A DNA stretch of 64,000 nucleotides. It comes from an uncultured delta proteobacterium. Its GTDB lineage: Bacteria; Myxococcota_A; Polyangia; Polyangiales; B10-G4. This document shows, in pieces, positions 40,287 to 50,199 of the stretch (its first letter is position 1; each line of letters begins with the position of its first letter). The stretch lies in NCBI GenBank assembly GCA_963727445.1, contig CAVSGI010000010.1:64001-128000 (forward strand), written 5' to 3'. Position numbers and translations under genes: made by a program. The notes beneath the pieces were generated by a model. It had not been told where the DNA came from. It saw nothing but the letters and a program-made list of their open reading frames with translations, and did not search any database.

Positions 40287-42773
40287 TCACACGTCGTGGG
40301 CGAGTCTGAAACCGTTGTACGCGAAGATACGCCACGGCGCGCGTCCGAGGCGCGTGGCCGAGCGACAGAAGCGGGGGTCGTAGTTCCAGCTGCCGCCGCG
40401 CACCGGTCGGAGCGTGGTGTCCCCGTCGAAAGAGAGGTCGCCGCACCAGTCCCGCATCGAGCCGCCCAGATCGCGCACACCGTAGATCGACACGTCGTTG
40501 GGGAACGCGCCGACCGGCTCGGGGCGGGGCGGCCCGCGGCGGCTGTCGCCCATCTTGCAGAGGGTCCGGTCGAAACCATCGCCCCAGGGATAGAAGCGTC
40601 CGTCCACGCCACGCGCGGCCTTCTCGAGCTCCTGCTCGAGCGGGAGACGATACTTCACGTCGTCGCGCTCCGACGCCCAGTTGCAGTAGGCGACGGCGTC
40701 GTGCCAGCTGATCCCGAAGACGGGCCAACGCGGATCCCACGGCGCCCCGTCCGGTCCGGTCTCGGGCAGCTCGTAGTGGCCCGTGCTCTTGGGGCGCTTG
40801 AAATACTGCCCTTCCGACACGCTCAAGCTCGACTCCGAGCGCGGGCACCGCTGCCAGGCCTCCGCCGGATCCAACTCGTGGAGGCCGTTCAGAAACTCGG
40901 TGTACTGCTCCATGGTCACCGGGAACACCGCGACGCAGAAGGCGTCCAGCCACACCTCGGTGGGGGGGGCCGAGCCGGGCGCCTCCGCGTCACCCCCGCA
41001 GAGGAACGGTCCGGCGGGTACGTAGACGAAGCCCTTCCCGATGGTCTCGTCGTCGAGCAATCGGATCGGTGTCCGCGTGAGGTCGCGATGCTCGGTGCGA
41101 TCGATCCGAACCGGGTAGCGCACGGGCTCGTGGCCCTCGGACTCGAGCGTGAGCAGATAGGATCCCATCTCGAGCGAGACGCGCGAGATCGGGGTCTCGC
41201 CCAGCTCCTCGCGATCGACGAGACGGTAGGTGAGCCCGCGCTTTTCGAAGCGCTCGCAGAACACTTTGGCGCCGGCCGGCTCGGTGGTGAGCGAGACCGA
41301 GCCGATGCCTTCGAGGAGCGCGGTGAAAGAGCCGTCGTCGAAGTTCGAGACGCGGTCGTGGTAATAGGCGATGGAGGCGGCATCACGCGCCTCTTCCGCT
41401 TCTCCCAGGCGCTCCCAGTAGGCACCGGCGAGCGCCGCCCGGGCGCCGCCGTGGCTGGGTGCGTAGGCCAGGGCCTTTTCACAGAGGGCGATGAACTCAC
41501 CGAAGGCGCGCGCGCGCGTGGGCTCGAGCCGCTCGAGCTCGTCGCGTACGTCGAGGAGCTCGCGTCGTTCGGACAGGGGTGACCAGGCGTCGGCCGAGTC
41601 GGCGAAGCGCTTCTCCTTCTCGCGCAGCTCGTCGCGCGACTGACCGAGCTCGAGGTAGTGGCTCCACACCTCACCGGCCCGCGCGAGAAGCTCCTCGGCT
41701 TTCTGCTGGCGCTCGGTGCCTTCGAGGAAGGCCTGAAGCGCCTCCGCCAGCTCCTTCGCGCTCTGGTAGCGATCGTCGCGCTCCGTCGCGAGGGCGCGAG
41801 TGCAGATGTCGGCGAGATCCTTGGGGATCGACAACCGCGGCGCCCGCCGCGGAGGAGGCGTCGGCATTCCCTCCATGGTGCGGAGGAGCAGCGACAGCGG
41901 ACGGTCGCCCTGATAGGCGGGCTCGTAGGTGAGCAGCTCGTAGAGGATGGCGCCCAGGCTCCACACGTCGCTGCGCGGATCGAGATCCGGACGGCCCGCC
42001 GCCTGCTCGGGGCTCATGTATCCCGGCGTCCCGACGAGCATGCCGCTTCCATCGTCGGGATCGGTGCCGCGCGCGTAAGTACGCGCCACCCCCCAGTCGA
42101 GGACCAGCGTCTCGCCGAACTCGCCGAGCATGACGTTCGACGGTTTGAGGTCGCGGTGGATGATTCCGCGGGAGTGCGCATAGCTCGCGGCTTCGCAGAC
42201 CTGGAGGAAGGCGCGCAGGAGTCGGGGCCGCGGCCACCGTGAACGGGTGGCCGGGTCGCCATCCGCCAGGTCGGCGAGGACGTCGGAGAGGGAGGAGCCC
42301 TCGACCTTGCGCATCACCAGGTAGACGTGCCCGGTGTCGGTGACACCCATCTCGTAGAGCGGAACGATGGACGGATGCTCGAGCTGCGCGGTGACGCGCG
42401 CCTCCTCCTTGAAGGAGACCCACTCGTTCGGGGCATCGACGTTCATCACCTTGAGCGCGACGTTTCGCTGGAGCTCCGGATCGTGGGCTTCGTAGACCGT
42501 GCCGACGCCTCCCGAGCCGAGGACGCGCAAGAGCTCGTAGCGGCCGGCGGAGCCACCGACGTCGAGCGCGGAGGTCCGGGCGCCGACGGCGCGATGGGTT
42601 CCACTCGTCCCCATCGACGCCATCGTGGGCATGTCCGAGGGGCCTTCGATTCCAGGGGCCTGGCCCGAGGCTTTCTCCACGCCGCTGGCGCGCTCCGTCG
42701 GCTGAGCGCGCACTTTGTGAACGTCTTCTTTCTTCACGGGGATCGACGGGAGACCGAATCCCCCATCTCCCAA
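40287..42773 (-). CDS. Ser/Thr kinase fused to an FGE-sulfatase (SUMF1) domain
   Basis: LGSGGVG, VALK, HRDLKPSN, DWG, GTPGYMSPEQ; C-terminal PVT..QY..F, EKAARG.DGR.YPWG, RGGSW, NGFRL. Confidence 0.9.
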   Translation of the reverse strand: MGDGGFGLPSIPVKKEDVHKVRAQPTERASGVEKASGQAPGIEGPSDMPTMASMGTSGTHRAVGARTSALDVGGSAGRYELLRVLGSGGVGTVYEAHDPELQRNVALKVMNVDAPNEWVSFKEEARVTAQLEHPSIVPLYEMGVTDTGHVYLVMRKVEGSSLSDVLADLADGDPATRSRWPRPRLLRAFLQVCEAASYAHSRGIIHRDLKPSNVMLGEFGETLVLDWGVARTYARGTDPDDGSGMLVGTPGYMSPEQAAGRPDLDPRSDVWSLGAILYELLTYEPAYQGDRPLSLLLRTMEGMPTPPPRRAPRLSIPKDLADICTRALATERDDRYQSAKELAEALQAFLEGTERQQKAEELLARAGEVWSHYLELGQSRDELREKEKRFADSADAWSPLSERRELLDVRDELERLEPTRARAFGEFIALCEKALAYAPSHGGARAALAGAYWERLGEAEEARDAASIAYYHDRVSNFDDGSFTALLEGIGSVSLTTEPAGAKVFCERFEKRGLTYRLVDREELGETPISRVSLEMGSYLLTLESEGHEPVRYPVRIDRTEHRDLTRTPIRLLDDETIGKGFVYVPAGPFLCGGDAEAPGSAPPTEVWLDAFCVAVFPVTMEQYTEFLNGLHELDPAEAWQRCPRSESSLSVSEGQYFKRPKSTGHYELPETGPDGAPWDPRWPVFGISWHDAVAYCNWASERDDVKYRLPLEQELEKAARGVDGRFYPWGDGFDRTLCKMGDSRRGPPRPEPVGAFPNDVSIYGVRDLGGSMRDWCGDLSFDGDTTLRPVRGGSWNYDPRFCRSATRLGRAPWRIFAYNGFRLAHDV

Positions 42774-42819
42774 TCAGGCTATCACGCCGACGTCGGTGGG
42801 TGGACGCGGCGTCGCAGCG

Positions 42820-43413
42820 TCAGATCTCGCGGCGCCCGTCGAAAGCACGACCGAGGGTGACCTGATCGGTGAACTCGAGCTCGCCGCCGTGGGGAACCCC
42901 ACTGGCGATCCGTGACACCTTCACGCCGCTCGGGCGCAGCACCTGGCTGACGTAGAGGGCCGTCGCCTCGCCTTCGACGCTGAGCGGTGTGGCCACCACC
43001 ACCTCGCGCACCCCCTCCGCCGAGAGGCGCGAAAGAAGTGCGTCGAGTGGCAGTTGATCGGGGCCCACCCCGTCGAGGGGGGCGAGGAGCCCGTGAAGCA
43101 CGTGGTAGCGCCCGCGAAAGGTCCCGCTCTTCTCGATGGCGACGAGATCGGGGACGCGCGCCACGCAGCAAAGGACGCTTCCGTCGCGACGGGGATCCTG
43201 GCAGATCGCGCACTTCGTCTCGGCCCCGTAGTTGCCGCAAGTCTCGCATCGCACCACGCGCGCGTGGATGTGGGCGAGCGCCTCGCCGAGCGCCGCGGCA
43301 TAGGCGGGCTCGACGCCGAGCACGTGGAAGGTCAGGCGCATGGCCGTGCGCTCGCCGACGCCGGGTAGACGCGCGAAGAGCTCGGTCAGCTCCGCGATGG
43401 GATCGACGGGCAA
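42820..43413 (-). CDS. recR: Recombination mediator RecR
   Basis: LPGVGERTA, C4 zinc finger, YHVLHG, EGEATA, SRIASGVPHGGELEFTD. Confidence 0.96.
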   Translation of the reverse strand: MPVDPIAELTELFARLPGVGERTAMRLTFHVLGVEPAYAAALGEALAHIHARVVRCETCGNYGAETKCAICQDPRRDGSVLCCVARVPDLVAIEKSGTFRGRYHVLHGLLAPLDGVGPDQLPLDALLSRLSAEGVREVVVATPLSVEGEATALYVSQVLRPSGVKVSRIASGVPHGGELEFTDQVTLGRAFDGRREI

Positions 43414-43416
43414 GGC

Positions 43417-43737
43417 TCAGATCAAACCGGGGATCTTCAGCCCGCCGCTGACCTTCTCGAGCTCGGCGTCGACCTCTTCCTTGCTCTTCGCCAGCGCCGC
43501 ATTGGCGGCGGCGACGACGAGGTCCTGCGCCATCTCGAGATCCTCGCCTTCGAGGAGCTTCGGGTCGATCTGGACCGAGACGAGCTCCTGACCTCCGTTG
43601 ACAGTGACGGTCACCTGGTCGTTGCCGGCCGAGGCGTCGAAGGTGAGCTCCTTGAGCTCTTCCTTGCGCTTTTCGATCTTGCGCTGCAGGCGGCTCGCCT
43701 GGCGCATCAACTCTCCCATTCCACCACGGAACTTCAT
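43417..43737 (-). CDS. ybaB: YbaB/EbfC nucleoid-associated protein
   Basis: VTVTVNG, IDPKLL, DLVVAAANAAL; canonical dnaX-ybaB-recR synteny. Confidence 0.93.
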   Translation of the reverse strand: MKFRGGMGELMRQASRLQRKIEKRKEELKELTFDASAGNDQVTVTVNGGQELVSVQIDPKLLEGEDLEMAQDLVVAAANAALAKSKEEVDAELEKVSGGLKIPGLI

Positions 43738-43777
43738 GCGTTCTCCCTCTCCGCTTTGGAGCTCGGGCTAAGGTGAC

Positions 43778-45590
43778 TCAATCGAGGTCCACGCGCACCT
43801 TCACGTTTCCAGCGCCCTCCGGAAAGATTCTGGAGGGCCTCCTGGACCCGGGGGTGGGCGAGGGCCTCGCGCTTTCTCTCTTCGCGCAGGTCCGTGCGCT
43901 CTCGGGCGCTGGCCTCGGCGACGCTGAGGCCTTTCTTTTCGGCCTCTTCGGTGAAACGGATGACGATCTCGGGGGACGCGCCGATCACCTTCGCCGCGCC
44001 CTCGGCGATCCCCTCCCTGGACTCCTGGGTCTCGGCCTGCTTGCCGAAGAAGGAGCCGGAGGGGAAGCCGACGACGAGCCTGTCGCGGTCGATGGAGAGG
44101 GGGATACCGTGCTCGAGCACCGCCGCCAGGGCGGGACGGGCTTCGCGGATGTGACCGATGATGCGCTCCCACACGGGGAGGGGATTGCCCGCGGGGACGT
44201 CGCGGACGATGGATTCGGCGACCGAGGCGGACGCGGGCTCGGAGACGGGCGCCTCCGGCGGCTGTGACTTCGTCACGAACTCCGACACCGCGGCGGCGAC
44301 CGAGTCGGGCGCACTGGCGGACGAGGGCGCGGCCTCGGCGCGCGGCGCCGCCTGACGTCGTTCCGGCGGCGGCGCCTGGCCCTGCCCGCGCGAAGGCTCG
44401 CGGCGTCGCCCACGGCCGCCGCCGCCTCCACCGCCACCGCCGCTGAAGCTCTTCTCGAGCGCTTCGAGGCGGGCGAGCAGGACACCCACCTGCTTGAGCG
44501 GCGGTCGGGTCGCGATCCGCAAGAGGCCCATCTCGAGCACGGTGCGCGGCGCGCTCGAGCGACCCACGTCCTCGACGAGCTGGGCGAGGGCGGCGAAGGC
44601 GCGCTGGAGCTCGAGGACGTCCGTCTCGCGCGCGATCGCGAGGGCGGCCTCTCGCTCTTCGTCGACCAGATCCGAAAGGGAGCCTGCGTCGCCATCGGTC
44701 ACCTTGAGGACCGTGAGCTCGCGAAGGTATTCGAGGAGCTGGCGCGAGAAATGGAGCATGTCGACGCCCTGACTGGCGATGGCGTCGACGCTCCGAAGCA
44801 CGCCGGCGCCGTCGCCACAGAGGGTGGCCTTGGTGGCCTCGATGGTCGCTTCCCGTCCCGCGATCCCGAGGGTCTTGGCGACCTCGTCACCGCGCAGGCT
44901 CTCCCCACCGAACGCGACGATCTGGTCGAGGAGGGTCAGGGCGTCGCGCATCGAGCCCGCCGCCTCGCGCGCCACGATCGTGACCGCGGCTTCGTCGGCC
45001 TCGATCCCCTCGGCGCCCAGGATCTCGCGCACGCGGTCGCTGATAACCCGCTGGGGGATGAGCCGGAAGTCGTAGCGCTGGCAGCGGGAGCGGATGGTGA
45101 TCGGGACCTTGTGACTCTCGGTGGTCGCGAAGATGAACTTCACGTGCGGCGGTGGCTCTTCGAGGGTCTTGAGGAAGGCGTTGAAGGCCCCGGAGGAGAG
45201 CATGTGGACCTCGTCCACGATCACGACCTTGAAGCGATCACGCGCCGGCCTGTAGGGGATCGACTCCTGGAGGCGCCGGACGTCCTCGACGCTGTTGTTC
45301 GAGGCGCCGTCCATCTCCTGCACGTCCATGTCGACGCCGGCGGTGATCTCCCTGCAGGGGTCGCACTCGTTGCACGGCGTGGCGGTAGGCCCCTTGTCGC
45401 AGTTCAGCGCCTTGGCGAGCAGGCGCGCCGTGGTCGTCTTGCCCACGCCCCGAACGCCGGTGAAGAGAAAGGCATGGGCGACCCGATCCGCCTCGATGGC
45501 GTTCGCGAGGGTGCGCGCCACGTGCTCCTGACCCACGAGATCTTCGAAGGTCTGAGGCCGGTACTTTCGCGCGAGGACGGTGTAGCTCAT
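43778..45590 (-). CDS. dnaX: DNA polymerase III subunit gamma/tau (probable 1-nt insertion near 43829)
   Basis: LARKYRPQTF, GVRGVGKTT, DEVHML, TLEEPP, SRCQ; removing one base gives the end LQIFPEGAGNVKVRVDLD-stop at 43778. Confidence 0.95.
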
Positions 45591-45663
45591 GGGGGCGGGG
45601 AGCGTACCAAGAGGGTCGGGGGGTTGAAAGGGTGGCCGGGGCTTCGGGCACCGGCACGATCGC

Positions 45664-45700
45664 AAAAAAAGAACGCCGGCAACCTGCGGTCACCGGCGTC
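45664..45700 (-). terminator. Intrinsic terminator of the VWA gene
   Basis: Minus strand gacgccggtgacc-gca-ggttgccggcgtt followed by a T7 tract. Confidence 0.85.
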
Positions 45701-45723
45701 CTCCCCCCTGTGGGTTCCCCCTT

Positions 45724-47349
45724 TTAGTATCCGAGCATCGTTCTCGCTCGGCCGAAGAGGTCGCGGAAGCGAAGGCGGGCTTCGTCGGTGCCCGCGGTCT
45801 CCGCGGTGAGTGTGTCGATGGTGGCGAGGTCCTCGTTCCGTGCGTAGGGGCTCTCCTTCAGGATCTCGGAGAAGGCGGCGATCGCGGCCGCCCATCGGTG
45901 GTCGTCGTCCGCCGCCGAGAGCTGGCCGACGTCCGCAGGCGCCAACGCCGCGCGTGTCTCGTGCGCGGGATCGGTCGCGCTCGCGCCCAAGTCCTTCCAG
46001 CGGACGCGCACCTGGACGAGCTCACTCGTGCCGATCTCGGCCGTCCCCGTCACGCGATCCCCGTCCAGAGGCGCGGGCGCGCCGCCGATGCTCGGGATGT
46101 CCTGGCCCTTGAGCACGAGCTCGTAGAGCGCGGTCACCCGATGACCGGCGCCGACCTCGCCGGCGTCGACCGAGTCGACCCGGAAGTCGCTGTCCGCGAT
46201 GGCTCGGTTTTCGTAGCCGAGGAGCCGGTAGGCGATGACGAAGTCCGGGTTGAACTCGACCTGGATCTTCATGTCCTGGGCGACGAGGTGAATGCCGGCC
46301 AGGAGATCGTGCCGGCCGTAGTCACGCGCGTGGCTCTCGCTGGTGATGACCGAGTACGTCCCGTTTCCGGCGTTGCTCACGCGCTCCATCATGGCGTCGT
46401 TCAAGTCGCCGGAGCCGAAGCCGAGCGCGGTCAGGGTCACACCGGAAGCCCGCTTCTCTTCGATCAATCCCACCAGGGCGTCCGTGTCCGTGATGCCGAT
46501 GTTGAAGTCGCCGTCGGTCATCATCACGACGTGGTTGAAGCCGCCCTCGATGAAGCCGGCTTCGGCCTGGTCGTAGGCGAGGTTGATCGCGTCGCCGCCG
46601 GCGGTGGAGCCGTAGGCGCGGAGCGCGTTGATGGCCGTGGAGATCGTCGCGTACTCGTCGGCAGGCGTCGGGGGCAGGGCCACACCGACGGTTCCCGAGT
46701 AGGTCACGATGGAGACGGTGTCGAGCGGGGTGAGCACCTCGAGGGAGGCCAGCATCAGGGTCTTCGCCAGCGGCAGCTTGTCGTAGGTCGCCATGCTCCC
46801 CGACACGTCGACCAGGAAGACGATGTTCGACTGAAGCTGGACGAAATCGGGCGGGGACGCTGCCTGGATGCCGACCCGGAGCTGCGCGATGTCGCGGCCC
46901 ATCGCGTGCTCCGAGGCCGAGAGCTGGATCGCGAAGGGAATCTCCGCGTCGATGTCGGGCGCGTCGTAGGCGTAGTCGAAGTAGTTCACGTACTCCTCGA
47001 GGCGCACGCTCGCGGGATCGGGCAACACGCCGTCCTCGATGTCGCGGACGAAGATGTCGTAGCTCGCCGTGTCGACGTCGGCGGCGAAGGTCGAGAAGGG
47101 ATCGTGATCGACCATCACGAATGGATTCGTTCCGACAGGCTCGAAGCGATCGCTGGAGCTGGCGTCCGGTGTCATGCCGGAAGGCCCGGTGTCAGCGGGA
47201 TAGGAGGGCGCCGCCGATCCCGTGTCGGCGTAGCTGCCGACCCCCGCGTCGCCGGTCGAGCCCCGGTAATAGTCCGGGGCTCCCACTCCATCGTCCCCGC
47301 ATCCCACCCATGCGAGCGCCGCAACCAGCGGCATGACGCGCTTGATCAT
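45724..47349 (-). CDS. VWA-domain lipoprotein (YfbK-like)
   Basis: Lipobox WVGC, STFAADVDTASY, VRLEEYVNYF, DVSGSM MIDAS, TDGDFNIG, YRLLGYENR, DAGEVGAGH. Confidence 0.9.
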   Translation of the reverse strand: MIKRVMPLVAALAWVGCGDDGVGAPDYYRGSTGDAGVGSYADTGSAAPSYPADTGPSGMTPDASSSDRFEPVGTNPFVMVDHDPFSTFAADVDTASYDIFVRDIEDGVLPDPASVRLEEYVNYFDYAYDAPDIDAEIPFAIQLSASEHAMGRDIAQLRVGIQAASPPDFVQLQSNIVFLVDVSGSMATYDKLPLAKTLMLASLEVLTPLDTVSIVTYSGTVGVALPPTPADEYATISTAINALRAYGSTAGGDAINLAYDQAEAGFIEGGFNHVVMMTDGDFNIGITDTDALVGLIEEKRASGVTLTALGFGSGDLNDAMMERVSNAGNGTYSVITSESHARDYGRHDLLAGIHLVAQDMKIQVEFNPDFVIAYRLLGYENRAIADSDFRVDSVDAGEVGAGHRVTALYELVLKGQDIPSIGGAPAPLDGDRVTGTAEIGTSELVQVRVRWKDLGASATDPAHETRAALAPADVGQLSAADDDHRWAAAIAAFSEILKESPYARNEDLATIDTLTAETAGTDEARLRFRDLFGRARTMLGY

Positions 47350-47380
47350 CGAGCCTTCCTCCAATCCAGAGGGAGAGCCC

Positions 47381-47396
47381 TTCAACCATCATGCCA
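47381..47396 (-). promoter_or_regulatory. Sigma54-like promoter (GA variant at -12)
   Basis: Minus strand TGGCATGATGGTTGAA upstream of the VWA gene. Confidence 0.45.
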
Positions 47397-47545
47397 CCGC
47401 GGAAACGCCGCGATTCTCTTTGGGGGGTCGTGCATGCGGACGGGCACGTGAACCACTCTGACTCGCAATGGCACAGCGGATAGAAATCCGAATCCGCGCG
47501 CGCACTCACACGCACACGTTCGAGGGTTGTGCGCTCGAGACGTGT

Positions 47546-48400
47546 CTACGCGTGAACGTCGCGCGTCGACTTGATCTCGATCGGCGCGAGCTCGAGGGTC
47601 TCGTAGGGAAGATGCACCCCCTCTTCGCGGAGCCGATTGAAGATGGCTTCGCGCAACGAGAGTCGCTCGGCGATGTGGGTCGTCTCGTCGTCGATCCACG
47701 CCTGGAGCTCGAAGGTCACGTTGTAGTCGCCGAGGGCGGTGACCACTGCGCGCGGCGCGGGCTCGCTCAAGTACCCCGCGCGGCCCTCGGCCACCCCGAC
47801 GAGGAGATCGCGAACCCGCGGTAGGTCCTCGCCGACGCCCACGGTGATGGGGACATCGAGGCGCAGGTGGGGAAAGTTCGTGTAGGAGGCGACGGTGCTG
47901 TTGACGACCTCGGTGTTGGGGATGGCCAGCATCTTGCCGTCGGGGGTCACCACGCGTGTCGAGCGCATGGTGATCTTGTCCACCCGCCCGTACTTGTCCC
48001 CGATCTCGATCAGATCACCCACGGTGAAGGGACGGTCCCAGAGGATGAAGAGGCCGCTGATGATGTTGGACAGCGCGTCCCGGGCTGCGAAGCCGACGGT
48101 CAAGCCGACGATACCCAGGCTCCCCAAGAGCGACGTGGTGTCGACGCCGAGCTGGGCCAGGATGGCGATCAAGCTGACGGCCACCAGCGTGTAGCGGACG
48201 ACGGCGCTGATGAACGACGCCGCGGTGCGGTCGACGCGATCGCGCTTCACGGCGGCGTTGAGGGCCCGTCCGATCGCCAGCCACAGCAGGAAGACGACCA
48301 GGAGAATTCCGCCGACGCGAAGGAGCGCCGAAAGGAGATCGGGCACGTGCAGCGTCACCGCGCCGTCTCCCACGTCATAGAGCCCCTGTAGCCAGTCCAT
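47546..48400 (-). CDS. Small-conductance mechanosensitive channel (MscS family)
   Basis: GLTVGFAARDALSNIISG, RPFTVGDLI, GRVDKITMRST, IPN. Confidence 0.92.
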   Translation of the reverse strand: MDWLQGLYDVGDGAVTLHVPDLLSALLRVGGILLVVFLLWLAIGRALNAAVKRDRVDRTAASFISAVVRYTLVAVSLIAILAQLGVDTTSLLGSLGIVGLTVGFAARDALSNIISGLFILWDRPFTVGDLIEIGDKYGRVDKITMRSTRVVTPDGKMLAIPNTEVVNSTVASYTNFPHLRLDVPITVGVGEDLPRVRDLLVGVAEGRAGYLSEPAPRAVVTALGDYNVTFELQAWIDDETTHIAERLSLREAIFNRLREEGVHLPYETLELAPIEIKSTRDVHA

Positions 48401-48444
48401 CTGAACCTCCGACGCAGTGATATACCCCCCGGGCGCTTCGTTGC

Positions 48445-50184
48445 TCAGCCGATCTGGCCGGCGTCCACGACCTCGCTCTGCCAGGGCGTTCTCTTCAACA
48501 GGCGTCGCGCGCGGGTGCGCAGCTCGCGGGGGAGCCGCCCGCGAAGGGCGGCAGCCAACGCTTCGGCGAGCTCGGTGGCGCTCTCGAAGCGGTCCTCTGG
48601 GTCCTTCGCCAGCCCGAGCGCGAGCGCCAGGTCGAGGTGGCGGTGGGCGTCGGGCGCGAGCTCGGTGGGGCGTATCGGCATCTTCGTCACCAGATCGACG
48701 ACGACCGCGGAGAAGTCGCCGCCGACGAAGGGCTGCCGTCCGGTGAGCGCCCGGTAGGCCACCGCGGCGAGGCCGTAGACGTCGGTGCGCCCATCGACCT
48801 GCCCATCGACCTGCTCGGGCGCCATGTACTGCGGCGTCCCCACCACCTCGCCTCCGGTCAACGTGGCGCCGTCCACCAGCTTGGAGATGCCGAAGTCGAG
48901 GATCTTCCAGACCCCACCCTCGGTGAGGAAGAGGTTCTGGGGCTTGAGATCGCGATGGACGATACCCGCTCGTTGGGCCGCCTCGATGCCCTCGGCGACC
49001 TGCCGCACGAGGTCGACGATCGCATCGTCGTCGAGGCGGCGCTCGCGACGGAGGATCTGACCGAGGTTCTCTCCGTGAAGCCGCTCCATCGCCAGGTAGG
49101 GAAGGGGCGCGCTCTCGTCGCCGACCTCGAGGACCTCCACCACGTGAGGCGAGTCGAGGGACGCCGCGATCTGCACCTCCCGGAGAAATCGCTGGACGAA
49201 GTCGGGACGGCTCAAGACCTCGGGGAGCAGCATCTTCACCGCCGCCGGCGCTCCGGTCTCGACGTCCTTCGCCTCGTAGACCTCACCCATGCCACCGCGC
49301 CCGATCACCGATCCGAGCTCGAAGGAGCCGAGCACCTGCTCGGAGAAGCGTCCGAGGCCGCCGGCCTTGAGCGCCTGCTCGAGATCCTGCCGCGCCTCGA
49401 GAAATAGCGCCTCGCGTCGCGCGGCGAGGCGCACGACCTCGTCGAGCTCCTCGAGCGACTTCTCGGTGACCTGTCGCGTCTTCAGCGTTTGCGTGTAGAT
49501 CGCCACCATCAGCAGCACGAAGACTCCGACCAACATGAAGCGTCCGGTGCCGCCCATGTCGACGGTGGTGATCAGGCCGGGGTCGTCCATCGACCCGAGC
49601 GCGAACGCGCTCCCCAGGAGCACCGCAGGGGCGCATCCGGCGACGAGCGTCGCCAGCGCGATCCGGCGGCTGTAGTAGAGGCAGGCGTTGTACTGATCGA
49701 TGATGAAGATGATCAGAACCGGCCCGAAGACGCCCAGGAAATAGGCGACGCCGGTGTTGGTCAGGGCGCTCACGCCGATGAAGACCAGGAGGTGGGTCTC
49801 GCGGTACCGGGCCTCCGTGGACACGTAGAATCGATAGCCGTTGTTCAGGAACGAGACCGCTGCCGAGAGGACGAAGATCGTCTTCGCCAGCGGCGTGCCG
49901 TCGAGGACCAGCCACGCGAGAACGGCCACCGCGTTGAACACCATCCCGGTGACGCTCACGTTCCGCGTCTGCTCGATCTCGAGTCGCCTGAGAACCATCT
50001 CGGGGTTCTCGGCCTTGCTCACGTCCGTGCCGGCGGTTCTGCTGGTGGCCGAGGTCCCCGACGTCGTGCCGGTGCGCGAGGTCGTCGCCGTGTTCGCGGC
50101 GCCCGTCTCCACCACCGTGGGCGCTTCGCTCGAGCGCTTCGGTCTCGAATCCGCCTCGGTCGGTGCGTCCGGGTCGCTCACCAC
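48445..50184 (-). CDS. Ser/Thr kinase with an N-terminal multi-TM domain
   Basis: About six TM helices, then IGRGGMGEVY, AAVK, HRDLKPQN, DFG, GTPQYMAPEQ. Confidence 0.92.
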   Translation of the reverse strand: MVSDPDAPTEADSRPKRSSEAPTVVETGAANTATTSRTGTTSGTSATSRTAGTDVSKAENPEMVLRRLEIEQTRNVSVTGMVFNAVAVLAWLVLDGTPLAKTIFVLSAAVSFLNNGYRFYVSTEARYRETHLLVFIGVSALTNTGVAYFLGVFGPVLIIFIIDQYNACLYYSRRIALATLVAGCAPAVLLGSAFALGSMDDPGLITTVDMGGTGRFMLVGVFVLLMVAIYTQTLKTRQVTEKSLEELDEVVRLAARREALFLEARQDLEQALKAGGLGRFSEQVLGSFELGSVIGRGGMGEVYEAKDVETGAPAAVKMLLPEVLSRPDFVQRFLREVQIAASLDSPHVVEVLEVGDESAPLPYLAMERLHGENLGQILRRERRLDDDAIVDLVRQVAEGIEAAQRAGIVHRDLKPQNLFLTEGGVWKILDFGISKLVDGATLTGGEVVGTPQYMAPEQVDGQVDGRTDVYGLAAVAYRALTGRQPFVGGDFSAVVVDLVTKMPIRPTELAPDAHRHLDLALALGLAKDPEDRFESATELAEALAAALRGRLPRELRTRARRLLKRTPWQSEVVDAGQIG

Positions 50185-50199
50185 GTCAGGATACGAGTC

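Noticed and set aside
40287..40420. FGE-sulfatase C-terminus as a diversity-generating retroelement variable region
   Set aside because: No reverse transcriptase and no adenine-variant template copy seen in the window; kinase-FGE fusions are common in myxobacteria. A remote template cannot be excluded.
43778..43840. Programmed dnaX frameshift producing gamma and tau
   Set aside because: The shift is about 16 codons from the end, with no A-AAA-AAG or poly-A site; it looks like a single-base insertion error.
45591..45723. SRP RNA (ffs) or tRNA upstream of dnaX, as in many bacteria
   Set aside because: No SRP domain IV motif or cloverleaf; the region is explained by a terminator and a promoter.
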